64,000 nt of DNA from Candidatus Longimicrobiales bacterium M2_2A_002 (GCA_051418035.1 JBPRGE010000149.1:14509-78508); one strand, 5' to 3'; shown: positions 36,124-49,991, numbered from the stretch's first letter. Notes: generated from the letters alone by a model not told the origin. A program made the numbers and translations.

Positions 36124-37008
36124 ATGGAACGGGCGGACTGTACGACCTGCGGCGTGGGGTTCCCGCTGGAGGACCTGATCGACGTGGAAGGGGCGCCGCG
36201 CTGTCCTCGCTGTTTCGCGCTGACGAGCTCGGGTCACCGTGGAGGGGTGCGCAACACCGACGGCGCGGGGCGTGAGACGCAGCCTGCCGATCACGACTTC
36301 ACGCCGGAGTCGCTCGAAGCCATGGCGGCAGCCGATCCCGGCGACGGGCTGACGGCGGCGGACGGGGCCGGGAGGGGGTCCGCGCCGACGGACGAACCTG
36401 CCAGCGGGGAGGTTGAGCAGGCGGTCGGCGGGTTCGGTCGGCTCGCCGCGTCCGTCCGCGAATGGGCGGCCGGCCGCAACGGGTGGATCCGGGCGCCGGT
36501 GCTCCTCTGGATGGGGTGGATCCTCGTCCACTACTGGAGCGCCCCGTGGTACTCGACGGTGTTCAGCGGAATCGACCTCGCCATCCACGAGATCGGGCAC
36601 ATCCTGTGGGCTCCGTTCGGTGAGCTCCTCGCCTCCGCCGGCGGCACGCTGACGCAGGTCCTGGCACCGGCCGTGGCCGGGGTCGTGTTCGCCCGGCAGC
36701 GGGACTGGTTCGCCGTCTCGTTCGCCGCCTGCTGGCTGGGCATCAACTGCTTCGAGATCGTGGAGTACGCGGGCGACGCGATGGCCCGCCAGCTGCCGCT
36801 GGTCTCTCCGACGACCGGGTCGCCGCAGCACGACTGGGCGTACATGCTGTCGAGGCTGGGGATCCTGCGGCACACGGATACGGTGGCGGCGGCGTGGCAG
36901 TGGGCCGGCCGGATCGCGATGACCGCGGGAATCGCGTTCGGGGCGTGGATCCTGTGGCTGATGCAGAGACCAGAAACCGGAGGTCAGAGGTCAGAGAGCG
37001 GGGGGTGA
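36124..37008 (+). CDS. zinc-ribbon + polytopic membrane protein carrying an HExxH motif (putative metalloprotease)
   Basis: ATG 36124. N-terminal CTTCG...CPRC, a low-complexity linker, then TM helices with DLAIHEIGHILW. Confidence 0.5.
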   Translation: MERADCTTCGVGFPLEDLIDVEGAPRCPRCFALTSSGHRGGVRNTDGAGRETQPADHDFTPESLEAMAAADPGDGLTAADGAGRGSAPTDEPASGEVEQAVGGFGRLAASVREWAAGRNGWIRAPVLLWMGWILVHYWSAPWYSTVFSGIDLAIHEIGHILWAPFGELLASAGGTLTQVLAPAVAGVVFARQRDWFAVSFAACWLGINCFEIVEYAGDAMARQLPLVSPTTGSPQHDWAYMLSRLGILRHTDTVAAAWQWAGRIAMTAGIAFGAWILWLMQRPETGGQRSESGG

Positions 37009-37586
37009 TGGAGGAAGGCGAGGCGGTTTTTTTCGAGACGCAGGCGGATTTCGGGGCCTGGCTGGCGGAGCATCACGATTCGGTGGATGTGCAGTGGGTG
37101 GGGTTCTGGAAGAAGGCCACGGGCAAGCCGTCGATTACGTGGCCGGAGTCGGTGGAGCAGGCGATCTGCTGGGGGTGGATCGACGGGCTCCGGCGGTCGA
37201 TCGACGACGAGGCCTACATGATCCGGTTCACGCCGCGTCGTCCCGACAGCCACTGGAGCCGGAAGAACGTGGAGACCTACCGCCGGCTGGAGGAGGAGGG
37301 GCGGATCGAGGCATCGGGTCGTGCGGCGTGGGAGGCGCGGGATCCGGAGAATACGGGGCGGGCGTCCTACGAGCGGGAGAGGGCGGAGCTCAGCGACGGG
37401 CTCCGGGCCATGCTCGACGCGGTACCGGAGGCGGCGGCGTGGTTCGACGACCAGCCGCCCGGGTACCGGAAGACGGCCACGTGGTGGGTCGTGAGCGCGA
37501 AGCGGGAGGAGACCCGGACGCGGCGGATGAAGCAGCTGGTGGAGGACTCGGCGGCAGGTCGCAAGATCAAGCCGCTGCGTCGTTAG
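37008..37586 (+). CDS. YdeI/OmpD-associated family protein
   Basis: ATG 37008 overlaps the previous stop (TGATG). FETQADFGAWLAEHH...WWVVSAKREETRTRRMKQLVE. Confidence 0.65.
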   Translation: MEEGEAVFFETQADFGAWLAEHHDSVDVQWVGFWKKATGKPSITWPESVEQAICWGWIDGLRRSIDDEAYMIRFTPRRPDSHWSRKNVETYRRLEEEGRIEASGRAAWEARDPENTGRASYERERAELSDGLRAMLDAVPEAAAWFDDQPPGYRKTATWWVVSAKREETRTRRMKQLVEDSAAGRKIKPLRR

Positions 37587-37605
37587 GCCGGGAGAGACCC
37601 GCGAC

Positions 37606-38586
37606 TCACGCCCGCCGTGCCGCCGCCACCAGCTCCTGGATGATCTCGGCGGTGGGCTTGATCTCGTCGATCCCGGCCACCGATCGGCCGGCCTGCCAGA
37701 AGTCCTTCTTGCCCGACTCGTCGTAGGAGGACCGCTTGAGTCGCCAGCCCGACCAGAGCGCGTACAGCGTCCGCATCAGCCGCTTCCGCCAGCGGCCCTT
37801 CAGCATCCACCGGGCGATAGGGCCGGCCTCGGTGCCGAGCCGCTCGATGTAGGGCGTCTCGATGACCGACAGCGGGACGCCGGTGACACGCTCCGTGAGG
37901 ACGATGTCGTCCTCGTCACTCTCCAGGATCGCCTCCTTGTACGGCTGTGCGGCCGTGCACTCGGTGGCGGCGATGAACCGGGTGCCCATCTGGACGCCGT
38001 CGTAGCCGAGCCGGAGGGCGTCGACGAACTCGGCGGGGGTGCCGATCCCGCCCGCGCAGACGAGGGGGACGCCGAGGTCGCCCAGCTCGTCCATGAGCTC
38101 CGCGGGGGTCTTCGGGCCCGCGTGCCCGCCGGCCCGACTGTTCACGGCGATGAGCCCGTGGGCGCCGGACTCGAGCCCCTTCAGCGCCCATTTCCGCTCG
38201 GTCACGTCGTGATAGACGACGCCGCCGTGCGGCTCCACCGCGTCCACCACCCAGCGCGGCTTGCCCAGGCTCGTGACGAAGAAACGGATCCCCTCCTCGA
38301 GTGCGATGTCGACCCACTCCTCCATCCGCTTCTCGTACGTGCGGGACGACGACTCGATCAACGCGTTCATCCCGATGGGCTTCGACGTCAGCGACTTGAT
38401 CCTCCGGAGCCCCTCCCGGAAGCCGTAGCCGTGGACGTACGTCAACGAGACCGGCTGGACGATCCCGATCCCGCCCGCCTCGCTGGCCGCCGCCACCAGC
38501 TCGGGGTTCGAGCACGGGTACATGGCGCCGCAGATGATGGGGAACTCGATGCTCGTGTCTTCGGTCAGCTTCGTGGTCAGGTCCAT
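37606..38586 (-). CDS. nitronate monooxygenase / FabK-like FMN oxidoreductase
   Basis: PIICGAMYPCSNPELVAAASEAGGIGIVQP and CAGGIGTPAEF; 326 aa. Confidence 0.85.
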   Translation of the reverse strand: MDLTTKLTEDTSIEFPIICGAMYPCSNPELVAAASEAGGIGIVQPVSLTYVHGYGFREGLRRIKSLTSKPIGMNALIESSSRTYEKRMEEWVDIALEEGIRFFVTSLGKPRWVVDAVEPHGGVVYHDVTERKWALKGLESGAHGLIAVNSRAGGHAGPKTPAELMDELGDLGVPLVCAGGIGTPAEFVDALRLGYDGVQMGTRFIAATECTAAQPYKEAILESDEDDIVLTERVTGVPLSVIETPYIERLGTEAGPIARWMLKGRWRKRLMRTLYALWSGWRLKRSSYDESGKKDFWQAGRSVAGIDEIKPTAEIIQELVAAARRA

Positions 38587-38658
38587 GGCTCGTCGCTCTG
38601 GCGGCGCCTTTGTAGTAGGGGTCGTATTGGTGGTCGGGAGCGTTCTCGGGTTCAGACT

Positions 38659-39147
38659 TTAGACTCCGGACTCCTCCCTCGGGCCCAGCCGCCACGTCAC
38701 GGTCATCTCCGCCACGACTTCGCCGGACTCGTCGGTCAGGACGGCGGTGGCAGGGTCCTCGATATCGGCGGTGACTGCCGGCGGCGGCGCGGCCCGCCCC
38801 TCGGCGGTGATCGTGCCGCGGGCCTTCTTGCGGTAGTCGATCTCGATGCGTACAGGGATCCCGCGGGTGCCGGACGGGAGCGCCATCGTCATGGCCAGGC
38901 CGCTGGCGAGCTCGCCGAGGTTCGCCAACGCGAGGGCGTGCACGGAGCCGAGGTGGTTGTGGAGTCCGCGCCGCTCCCGGATCGAGACGGTGGCCCGACC
39001 GGACGCCAGCGTATGGACCCGGGGCCGGATGGAGCCGGAGTATGGCACCATGAGGCCGAGGACCCGGCCGAAGAGCCAGCGGCCGCCGGGAAGCGGCGAC
39101 AGCCAGCGCCAGGCGGACTCGAGACGGGTGGCGGCGGGACGTGGCAT
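38659..39147 (-). CDS. hot-dog-fold thioesterase-like protein (DUF4442/PaaI-like)
   Basis: ATG 39147 chosen (track start 39246). HNHLGSVHALALANLGELASG. Confidence 0.6.
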   Translation of the reverse strand: MPRPAATRLESAWRWLSPLPGGRWLFGRVLGLMVPYSGSIRPRVHTLASGRATVSIRERRGLHNHLGSVHALALANLGELASGLAMTMALPSGTRGIPVRIEIDYRKKARGTITAEGRAAPPPAVTADIEDPATAVLTDESGEVVAEMTVTWRLGPREESGV

Positions 39148-39471
39148 GGGGTGAAGATGGCGTCCCTGCGGACGACGTACCAGTCGCCAGTTCGATGCGA
39201 CGATCGCAGGGAATTGCGCGGTGAGGATGGCGTAACCCTCGGCCAACCGATACCGGATCGGGTCAACAGCCTGGCTGGATGGGCCGGAACTGGCGACTGG
39301 AACGTCGTCCGCGTTCGCCAGTTTCGGTCACTTTCGCCCCGCCGCCCTCCGTCCTGTTCCCGCCCCGCAGCCCCGTATTCCGGCACTTTCAATCCCCCCG
39401 CCGCTTTGATATCATCCATTGCTCTGCCGCCCGGGGCGGGCGGCCGATGAAACGCCGACAGAGACGGAGCC

Positions 39472-42405
<2,934 letters not shown>

Positions 42406-42475
42406 CGGACCGACGCAGCGCCGGCCCGCGCCGGCCCGCGACGGCGCCGCGGGTCGCACTCCAACAAGGACGTCA

Positions 42476-43441
42476 ATGAGCCCGGATCGCACCCCCGGCG
42501 GGAACGAGAGCTCTCCATCGGCCGGCCCACGGCCGTGGCGGCTGATCGTCGCCGGGGGCGGCGGTCGGCCCCCGATGGAGCCCGCCCGGGGCGCCGAGAA
42601 CATGGCCATCGACTCGGCGCTCCTGGACGCGGTGAAGGACGGTGCCGCGCCCGTGCTCCGGCTCTACCGGTGGTCGCCGGCCACCCTGTCCTTCGGCCGG
42701 AACCAGCCCTCCCGAGGCCGCTACGACCGGGACGCGGCCACGGCCCGGGGCATCGATTTCGTGCGTCGTCCCACCGGCGGCCAGGCCGTGCTCCATGACG
42801 ACGAGCTGACGTACGCCGTGGTCGCGCCGGTGTCGGTGATCGGGAGGCCGAGGGCCGCCTATCGGAGGATCAACGAGGCGCTGGTCGACGGACTGGGTCG
42901 TCTGGGCGTGCGCGCGACGGTCGCGGCGGGCGGCCTCGGGGGTGGGGCCGGCGGGCGTGGGGCCGAAGTCGCTGCGGAGGTCGGGTCGGGGGCAGGGCGA
43001 CCTCCGGCGGGTGGGCCGGACTGGGACGCGGCGTGCTTCCGGCGGCCGGAGCGCGGCGAGGTGGTGGTGGAGGGCGCGAAGCTGGTGGGGAGCGCGCAGC
43101 GGATGGAGGACCGGACGATCCTCCAGCACGGGTCGATCCTGGTGGGGGGCAGTCAGGCGGCGGCCGAGGAGCTGCTGGTCGTCGGCCAGCGCGCTGGAGC
43201 GAGCGCGACCGCGGGCGTGCGTCCGGGCAGCGGGGCGCACGACGACCCCGGCTGGACCACGCTCGAGCGGGAGCTGGGCGCTCGCCCGTCGCCGGAAGTG
43301 CTGGGGGAGGCGGTCCGGGCCGGCTTCGAGTCGGCGCTGGGGCTCGACCTCGAGGAGGGGCGCCTGAGCCCCGACGAGCAGGAATCAGCGGCGTCGCTGG
43401 AGCGGCACTATGGATCGGAGGCGTGGACGTGGAGACGGTGA
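42476..43441 (+). CDS. lipoate-protein ligase / octanoyltransferase family protein (BPL_LplA_LipB domain)
   Basis: ENMAIDSALLD, LRLYRWSPATLSFGRNQ, FVRRPTGGQAVLHDDELTY, GAKLVGSAQR. Lies 70 nt downstream of gcvP. Confidence 0.8.
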   Translation: MSPDRTPGGNESSPSAGPRPWRLIVAGGGGRPPMEPARGAENMAIDSALLDAVKDGAAPVLRLYRWSPATLSFGRNQPSRGRYDRDAATARGIDFVRRPTGGQAVLHDDELTYAVVAPVSVIGRPRAAYRRINEALVDGLGRLGVRATVAAGGLGGGAGGRGAEVAAEVGSGAGRPPAGGPDWDAACFRRPERGEVVVEGAKLVGSAQRMEDRTILQHGSILVGGSQAAAEELLVVGQRAGASATAGVRPGSGAHDDPGWTTLERELGARPSPEVLGEAVRAGFESALGLDLEEGRLSPDEQESAASLERHYGSEAWTWRR

Positions 43442-43451
43442 GGGAGGTCGG

Positions 43452-45089
43452 ATGAGATGGAGCAGGGGGACCCGGAGCGGTCGCCGGCAGGGCGGGTCGC
43501 GGCTGCTGGCCATGGCACTGCCGGCGGCTCTCGCGGCGGGCCTGGTGGCAGGCTCGGCGGCGTGCGGCGAGGGGGGCGGCGCGGCGGTCGGCACGGTCGT
43601 CGTCGGGGTACGCAGCGACTTCAGCGGGCTGAACCCGGTGACGAACACGAGCATAGACACCGACCAGGTCCTCAAGTACGGGCTGTTCACACCGCTGATC
43701 CGGTACGACGCGGGCTTCGAGCCCGTCCCGTGGCTGGCGGAGCGGTGGGAGCTCCACGGCGATACGGCGGTAACGTTCACGCTCCGGGACGACGTCCTCT
43801 GGCACGACGGCGAGCCGGTGACCGCGGAGGACGTGGCGTTCACGTTCGACCTGGCGAAGACGCCGGAGACGGGGTCGCTGATCGGGGGGGTGTACCTGGG
43901 CCAGGTCGCGTCGGCGGAGGTGGAGGACCGCCGTACCATCACGTTCCGGTTCACCCGGCCCCACGCGCAGGCGCTCGAGGATTTCTGGTGGGCGCCACTG
44001 CCGGCGCACCTGCTGCGGGACATCCCGCCGAGCGAGCTGGTGAACGCCGACTACAACCGCGCGCCGGTGGGGAGCGGTCCGTTCCGGTTCGGGGAGTGGC
44101 GGGCGAACGATCGGCTCGTGCTGGTCCCGAACGAAGCGTTCCCGGCGGCGCTCGGCGGTCCGGCCGCCTCGCGGGTGGTCTTCCGCGTCATCCCGGAGCC
44201 GGCCACGCTGCTGACGGAGCTGCTGACCGGCGGCGTGCACGTCGACATCCCGCTGGAGCCGGACCAGACGCCGCGGATCGAGGCGGCCGACGGGCTGACG
44301 CTCCACTCGTACCCGGGCAACACGCTGTACTACCTGGGCTGGAACAACCAGCGCCGGCCGTTCGACAATGCGGCGGTGCGACGGGCGATGACGCTGGCCA
44401 TAGACCGGCAGGAGCTGGTGGACGCGCTGCTCGAGGGGTACGGCACGACGGCGATCGGAACCGTCCCGCCCTGGCACCCGTACGCGCCGGGCCTCGAACC
44501 GCTGCCCCACGACCCGGAGCGGGCGCGCACGCTGCTTACGGAGGCCGGCTGGCGCGACCGGGACGGCGATGGCGTCCGGGAGGACGCGGCCGGCGCACCG
44601 CTGTCGTTCAGCATCATGACCAGCGAGCGGCCGCTGAACCGGTCGATCGTCGAGGTGGTCCAGAACCGGCTGGCCGCGGTGGGCGCGGACGTCACGATCG
44701 AGGTGCTGGAGTTCCAGACGATGCTGTCGCAGCACCGCGCCCGGACGTTCGATGCGGTGCTGAGCAACTGGGTGCTGGACAACTTCCAGGTGGCCGCGGC
44801 TCCGTTCGCGCTGTTCCACTCGAGCCAGGCCGGGATCGAGGGGAGCGCGAACCGGAGCGGTGTCCGGAGCGCGGAGCTCGACCGTCTGATCGAGGCCGGC
44901 GCGTCGGCCACCGACCCGGAGGCGGCGGCCGCGATCTGGCTCGAGTTCACGGAGACGCTCCAGGAGGAGCAGCCGTTCACGTTCATGTTCTGGCTCGACG
45001 AGCTGGCGGCATCGACGGACGCGGTGACGGGCGTGGAGATGGACCAGCGCGGCGAGTTCCGGACGCTGCCGGAGTGGCGACGACGGTGA
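43452..45089 (+). CDS. ABC transporter substrate-binding protein, family 5 (peptide/nickel)
   Basis: ATG 43452 with GGGAGG upstream. Signal plus Cys (LVAGSAAC). Size and composition of DppA/OppA-type SBPs. First gene of a 5-gene transporter block. Confidence 0.8.
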   Translation: MRWSRGTRSGRRQGGSRLLAMALPAALAAGLVAGSAACGEGGGAAVGTVVVGVRSDFSGLNPVTNTSIDTDQVLKYGLFTPLIRYDAGFEPVPWLAERWELHGDTAVTFTLRDDVLWHDGEPVTAEDVAFTFDLAKTPETGSLIGGVYLGQVASAEVEDRRTITFRFTRPHAQALEDFWWAPLPAHLLRDIPPSELVNADYNRAPVGSGPFRFGEWRANDRLVLVPNEAFPAALGGPAASRVVFRVIPEPATLLTELLTGGVHVDIPLEPDQTPRIEAADGLTLHSYPGNTLYYLGWNNQRRPFDNAAVRRAMTLAIDRQELVDALLEGYGTTAIGTVPPWHPYAPGLEPLPHDPERARTLLTEAGWRDRDGDGVREDAAGAPLSFSIMTSERPLNRSIVEVVQNRLAAVGADVTIEVLEFQTMLSQHRARTFDAVLSNWVLDNFQVAAAPFALFHSSQAGIEGSANRSGVRSAELDRLIEAGASATDPEAAAAIWLEFTETLQEEQPFTFMFWLDELAASTDAVTGVEMDQRGEFRTLPEWRRR

Positions 45090-45196
45090 GGGCGGGCTTC
45101 GCGGTGGGTGCGCCGCCCTCGGGGCCCGGCCGGGCTCGCTGCGGGGGGAACGCGGAACCGCGGATCCGGCCTCGAGGGCCGGAGCGGTAGCGGCCC

Positions 45197-46180
45197 ATGC
45201 TCCGGTACGCAGGCCGCCGGCTGCTCGGCGCGGTCCCGCTGGTCCTGGGGATCGCCACGATCATCTTCTTCGTCGTCAGCCTCGCCCCCGGCGATCCGAC
45301 CGCGCTCTACTTCAACCGGGCCGTGCCGCCGGAGGTGCTCGACCAGATCCGGCAGAACTTCGGGCTCGACCAGCCGATCCACGTCCGATACTGGAAGTGG
45401 CTGGCGGCGTTCTTCACCGGCGACTTCGGGTACTCGTACACCCACGGCCGACCCGTGCTGGACGTGATCCTCGAGACGCTGCCGGCCACGCTCGTCCTGG
45501 CCGGCTCGACACTGGTCCTGATCTTCGTGCTGGGCGTGGCCACCGGGGTGTTCCAGGCGGTGCGACAGCACCGGCTCGCGGACCGGGTGCTGAGCGTGCT
45601 CTCGCTCTTCTTCTACAGCATGCCGAGCTTCTGGCTCGGGCTCATGCTGATGCTCCTCTTCTCGCTCAAGGCCCACGAGTGGGGACTGCCGCTGGCGCTG
45701 CCGCCCACGGGGATGACCAGCGTCGACTACGAGTTCCTCGGGTTCTGGGGGCAGGTCGGCGACCGGCTGGTGCACCTGGTCCTGCCCGTCCTCACGCTCA
45801 CGCTGGTCATGGCGGCCGGGATCGCACGGTTCACCCGCGGCCAGATGCTCGAGGTGATCCGCCAGGACTATATCCGGACGGCCCGCGCGAAGGGGCTGCC
45901 GGAGCGGACGGTGATCCTGAAGCACGGGCTCCGCAACTCGCTCCTCCCGGTCATCACGCTCCTGGGGCTCTACCTCCCGCTGCTGTTCAGCGGGAGCGTG
46001 TTCGTCGAGGTCATCTTCAGCTGGCCGGGGATGGGACGCGTCATCGTCGATGCCATCTTCCAGCGCGACTACCCGCTGGTCATGGCGACGAGCTTCATCT
46101 TCGCCGTGGTCGTGATCCTCGGCTCCCTCATCGCCGATCTGCTGTACGCGGCGGCCGACCCGCGGATCCGGTATGAGTGA
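45197..46180 (+). CDS. ABC transporter permease (DppB/OppB type)
   Basis: Six TM segments. EAA-type loop IRTARAKGLPERTVILKHGLRNSLLPVIT. Confidence 0.85.
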   Translation: MLRYAGRRLLGAVPLVLGIATIIFFVVSLAPGDPTALYFNRAVPPEVLDQIRQNFGLDQPIHVRYWKWLAAFFTGDFGYSYTHGRPVLDVILETLPATLVLAGSTLVLIFVLGVATGVFQAVRQHRLADRVLSVLSLFFYSMPSFWLGLMLMLLFSLKAHEWGLPLALPPTGMTSVDYEFLGFWGQVGDRLVHLVLPVLTLTLVMAAGIARFTRGQMLEVIRQDYIRTARAKGLPERTVILKHGLRNSLLPVITLLGLYLPLLFSGSVFVEVIFSWPGMGRVIVDAIFQRDYPLVMATSFIFAVVVILGSLIADLLYAAADPRIRYE

Positions 46181-47078
46181 CGCGGCTCGGGGCTCGGGGC
46201 CCGACTCGGGCTCGGGGCACGATCCGCGGCCGCGGCGGACGTGGTGGGACCGGCTGCGGGAGGATCGGCTGGCCATGGTCGGGCTCGTCGTGGTGATGGG
46301 GCTCGCGGTGGTGGCCGTCCTCGCGCCGCTCTTCGCGCCGTACGACCCCATCGCGCAGGGCGACCTGACGACGCAGGCGTACCTGTCGCCGTCGTGGGAG
46401 CACTGGCTGGGCACCGACCAGTTCGGACGGGACATGCTGAGCCGGATCATCTACGGGGCCCGGATCAGCCTGACCATCGGGTTCGTGGCCGTGGCGCTGG
46501 CCATTGTCGTCGGGTCGCTGCTGGGCGCCGTCGCCGGGTACCTGGGCGGCGCGATCGACTCCGTGATCATGCGGTTCACGGACATGGTCATGGCGTTCCC
46601 GCGGCTGGTGCTCCTGATCCTGATCATCGCCGTGTTCCAGCCGTCGGTCACGCTCATCATCCTGGTGCTCGGGCTGACCCAGTGGCCGGGCACGGCGCGG
46701 CTTGTCCGGGGCGAGGTGCTGAGCCTGCGGGAGCAGGAGTACGTGGAGGCGGCCCGGGCGCTGGGCTTCGGTCGGGCCCGGATCATCCTCAGGCACCTGC
46801 TGCCGAACGTGATGGCGCCGGTGATCGTCGCCGCCACGCTGGGGATCGGGAACACGATCGTGCTCGAGGCCGGGCTCAGCTTCCTGGGCATGGGCGTCCA
46901 GCCGCCGACCCCGAGCTGGGGTACGCTGGTGGCCGACGGCCGACAGAACCTGATCGGCGCCTGGTGGGTGGCCACGTTCCCGGGCCTCGCTATAGTGCTG
47001 ACCGTGCTGGCGTTCAACCTGGTGGGCGACGGGCTCCGGGACGCGCTCGACCCGCGACTCAAGTCCGGGGGCGGCTGA
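46173..47078 (+). CDS. ABC transporter permease (DppC/OppC type)
   Basis: 8-nt overlap with the previous gene. [31 protein letters not shown]. Confidence 0.85.
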   Translation: MSDAARGSGPDSGSGHDPRPRRTWWDRLREDRLAMVGLVVVMGLAVVAVLAPLFAPYDPIAQGDLTTQAYLSPSWEHWLGTDQFGRDMLSRIIYGARISLTIGFVAVALAIVVGSLLGAVAGYLGGAIDSVIMRFTDMVMAFPRLVLLILIIAVFQPSVTLIILVLGLTQWPGTARLVRGEVLSLREQEYVEAARALGFGRARIILRHLLPNVMAPVIVAATLGIGNTIVLEAGLSFLGMGVQPPTPSWGTLVADGRQNLIGAWWVATFPGLAIVLTVLAFNLVGDGLRDALDPRLKSGGG

Positions 47079-48091
47079 TGGCGCTGCTCGAGGTGCGTGA
47101 CCTGCGGACGTGGTTCGATACCGACGAGGGGGTGGCCCGCGCGGTGGACGGCGTATCCTTCCGGGTCGACCGCGGCGAGGTGGTCGGGGTGGTGGGCGAG
47201 AGCGGGTCGGGGAAGTCGGTGACCGCGCTGTCGATCATGGGGCTGGTCCCCGACCCGGGTCGGATCGAGAACGGGAGCGTGACGCTGGCGGACCGTGAGC
47301 TGACCGGGCTCTCCGCCGAGGCCATGCGCGGGGTCCGCGGCGCCGAGATCGCCATGATCTTCCAGGAGCCGACGACATCGCTGAACCCGGTCTTCCCGGT
47401 GGGCGAGCAGATCGCCGAGGCGCTCCGGGCACACGGCAGGGCGGGGAAGGCGGCCGCGCGGGAACGGGCGGTGTCGCTGCTGCGCCGGGTCGGGATCCCG
47501 GACCCGGCGCAGCGGGCGGACGAGTACCCGCACCAGCTGAGCGGTGGTCAGCGGCAGCGCGTGATGATCGCGATGGCGCTGGCGAACGAGCCTTCGCTCC
47601 TGATCGCCGATGAGCCGACTACGGCGCTGGATGTCACGATCCAGGCCCAGATCCTGGAGCTGCTGCTCGAGCTCCGTCGCGAGCTCGGGATGGCCGTGCT
47701 CCTGATCACCCACGACCTGGGCGTGGTCGCGGAGACGTGCGACCGGGTCGTGGTCATGTACGGCGGCCAGGTGGTGGAGGAGGGGCCGGTGGCGGACCTC
47801 TTCGCGAAGCCGGCGCACCCGTACACGCGGGGGCTGCTGGCCGCCGTGCCCCGCCCCGAGGCACGGGACCGGGACCTGGCGGTCATCCCGGGCACCGTCC
47901 CGTCTGCGACCGCGTGGCCCGACGGCTGCCGGTTCCGGCCGCGCTGCCCGTACGCGTGGTCGCCGTGCGCGGACGACCCGGGGCTGCTCCGGACCGGCGA
48001 CGGCGCAGCAGCCCGGTGCTGGCTCGTGGAGCACCCGGACCGCCGGGCGCAGGTCCCGGGCTTCGGCCCGACCGGAGGAGGCCCGTCGTGA
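47078..48091 (+). CDS. ABC transporter ATP-binding protein (DppD/OppD type)
   Basis: ATG 47078 (TGATG overlap). Walker A GESGSGKS, signature LSGGQRQR, Walker [13 protein letters not shown]. Confidence 0.9.
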   Translation: MALLEVRDLRTWFDTDEGVARAVDGVSFRVDRGEVVGVVGESGSGKSVTALSIMGLVPDPGRIENGSVTLADRELTGLSAEAMRGVRGAEIAMIFQEPTTSLNPVFPVGEQIAEALRAHGRAGKAAARERAVSLLRRVGIPDPAQRADEYPHQLSGGQRQRVMIAMALANEPSLLIADEPTTALDVTIQAQILELLLELRRELGMAVLLITHDLGVVAETCDRVVVMYGGQVVEEGPVADLFAKPAHPYTRGLLAAVPRPEARDRDLAVIPGTVPSATAWPDGCRFRPRCPYAWSPCADDPGLLRTGDGAAARCWLVEHPDRRAQVPGFGPTGGGPS

Positions 48092-49071
48092 CCGGGCCGC
48101 TGTTGGAGGTCCGGGATCTCGAGAAGCACTTCCCGGTGGGCGGCGGGTTCCTCGCCCGGCCGGACGGGGTGGTCCGGGCGGTGGACGGTGTCAGCTTCGA
48201 GATCCGGCGGGGCGAGACGCTGGGCCTGGTCGGGGAGTCGGGCTCCGGCAAGACGACGACGGGGCGGGCGATCCTGCGACTCATCGAGCCGACGGCCGGC
48301 TCCGTCCGGTTCCACGGCGAGGAGGTGACGGCCATGGACCGGGAGGGGCTCCGGTCGTTCCGGCGTCGCGCGCAGGTGATCTTCCAGGACCCGTACGGGT
48401 CGCTGAACCCGCGGCTGACGGTGGGCGCGGCGATCCGCGAGGTCCTCCGCGTTCATGGCCTCGCCCGGGGCTCGGAGACGGACCGGGTCCGGGAGCTGCT
48501 GGAGGTCGTGGGGCTCCACCCGTCGCACGCGGGCCGCTACCCGCACCAGTTCAGCGGCGGTCAGCGGCAGCGGGTCGGGATCGCCCGCGCGCTGGCGGTG
48601 GAGCCCGAGTTCATCGTCTGCGACGAGCCGGTCTCCGCCCTCGATGTCTCCGTCCAGGCGCAGGTGGTGAACCTGCTGGAGTCGCTCCAGGAGCAGCTCG
48701 GGCTGGCCTACCTCTTCATCGCCCACGACCTCGGCGTCGTGGAGCACGTGAGCGACCGCGTGGCGGTCATGTACCTCGGCCGCATCGTCGAGATGGCGGA
48801 CGCCGACACGCTAGTGGCCGACCCCCGGCACCCGTACACGCGGGCGCTCCTGTCGGCCGTGCCGGTACCGGAGCCCGGCCGGCGGCGGGAGCGGATCGTG
48901 CTGAGCGGTGACATCCCGAGCCCGGTCGATCCACCGGCCGGGTGCCCGTTCCACCCGCGGTGTCCGCACCCGGCGAAGGACGACGAGTGCACGCGCGTGG
49001 TGCCGCGTCTGGAGCCGAAGGCGCCGGGCCACCCGGCTGCGTGCCTGAAGGAGCCGGGGTTGACCGATTAA
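48088..49071 (+). CDS. ABC transporter ATP-binding protein (DppF/OppF type)
   Basis: GTG 48088 (GTGA overlap, GGAGGAG upstream). [28 protein letters not shown]. Confidence 0.9.
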   Translation: MTGPLLEVRDLEKHFPVGGGFLARPDGVVRAVDGVSFEIRRGETLGLVGESGSGKTTTGRAILRLIEPTAGSVRFHGEEVTAMDREGLRSFRRRAQVIFQDPYGSLNPRLTVGAAIREVLRVHGLARGSETDRVRELLEVVGLHPSHAGRYPHQFSGGQRQRVGIARALAVEPEFIVCDEPVSALDVSVQAQVVNLLESLQEQLGLAYLFIAHDLGVVEHVSDRVAVMYLGRIVEMADADTLVADPRHPYTRALLSAVPVPEPGRRRERIVLSGDIPSPVDPPAGCPFHPRCPHPAKDDECTRVVPRLEPKAPGHPAACLKEPGLTD

Positions 49072-49258
49072 GGGTCCGATGAAGAGGTGGCGGCACGTCG
49101 ATGGAACGGGTTTTTCGGGTAACGGGTCCTGAGGTCGGGATCAGGGTTGACACCCCTGGGGTCACGTCTACCTTGCCCGATCCTAACGAGGCGATTAGGA
49201 TAACGCGCTTGCCGTCCGGGCTTCGGACGGCTCGGGCTGGTTAGAACGGAGGCGAACT

Positions 49259-49957
49259 TTGAGCGGTGCAATGTTCCTGAATCTCGCGCTGCAGATTCCG
49301 GGTATGGAAGGTCCGGACCTGACGCTGTCGGAGTGGGCGGTCCAGATCTGGGAGGACGGTGGTTTCATGATGTGGCCTCTCGGGGCCGCACTGGCCATCG
49401 GGATCGGCGTGATCATCTGGAAGCTGATCGATCTGTCGATCACGGGGTCGCGGACGAAGAAGGTGCTCCAGGAGGTCGATGAGCGGCTGGCCCAGCGTGA
49501 CGTGCAGGGCGCCATCAACGCGGCGCGGGAGTCGAACAGCCCCGCGGGCGCGATCCTGCTGGCGGGTCTGGAGCGGCACGGTGAGGGCAGCGAGCGGGTC
49601 ATGAAGGCCATCGAGAACGTGGGCCTGATCCAGATGGCCGGCCTGGAGAACGGGCTGGTCTGGATCGCCACGATCGCGAACGTGGCTCCGCTGCTCGGGT
49701 TCCTGGGCACGGTGATCGGGATGATCCAGGCGTTCCAGAACATCGAGGCGGCCGGTGAGGTGGAGGCCACTCTGGTGGCCGGCGGGATCAAGGTGGCGCT
49801 GATCACCACGGCGGCGGGTCTGTCCATCGCCATCCCGATGAACATCATGCACAACTACTTCGTGACCAAGGTCGACCGGTTGGTGATCGACATGGAGGAG
49901 TCCGCGCAGAAGATGATCGACTCGCTCCAGGAGATCGAGGCGGGAAGCGCGGCGTGA
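49259..49957 (+). CDS. MotA/TolQ/ExbB proton-channel family protein
   Basis: TTG 49259 lies 6 nt after GGAGG (alternative ATG 49271). Family core LLGFLGTVIGMIQAF...GIKVALITTAAGLSIAIP. Confidence 0.8.
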   Translation: MSGAMFLNLALQIPGMEGPDLTLSEWAVQIWEDGGFMMWPLGAALAIGIGVIIWKLIDLSITGSRTKKVLQEVDERLAQRDVQGAINAARESNSPAGAILLAGLERHGEGSERVMKAIENVGLIQMAGLENGLVWIATIANVAPLLGFLGTVIGMIQAFQNIEAAGEVEATLVAGGIKVALITTAAGLSIAIPMNIMHNYFVTKVDRLVIDMEESAQKMIDSLQEIEAGSAA

Positions 49958-49991
49958 TGTAGACCGCCGGTTCGCCTACGGCAGCAGTGGG

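Noticed and set aside
39148-39471. A glycine riboswitch upstream of gcvP.
   Set aside because: I could not find the conserved aptamer elements (a GGAGAG-type P1 junction, an ACCGAAGGGGCAA-like core) on the plus strand. Only a generic hairpin (GCCGCCC...GGGCGGC, 39426-39444) and a CTCTG/CAGAG pairing are present. A covariance-model scan would be needed to be certain.
42406-42475. Tandem GCCGGCCCGC x2 and a small GCGAC/GTCGC hairpin after gcvP, considered as a terminator or repeat element.
   Set aside because: The stem is only 5 bp, there is no U tract, and the lplA-like gene follows within 70 nt with its own RBS. This is most likely read-through co-transcription.
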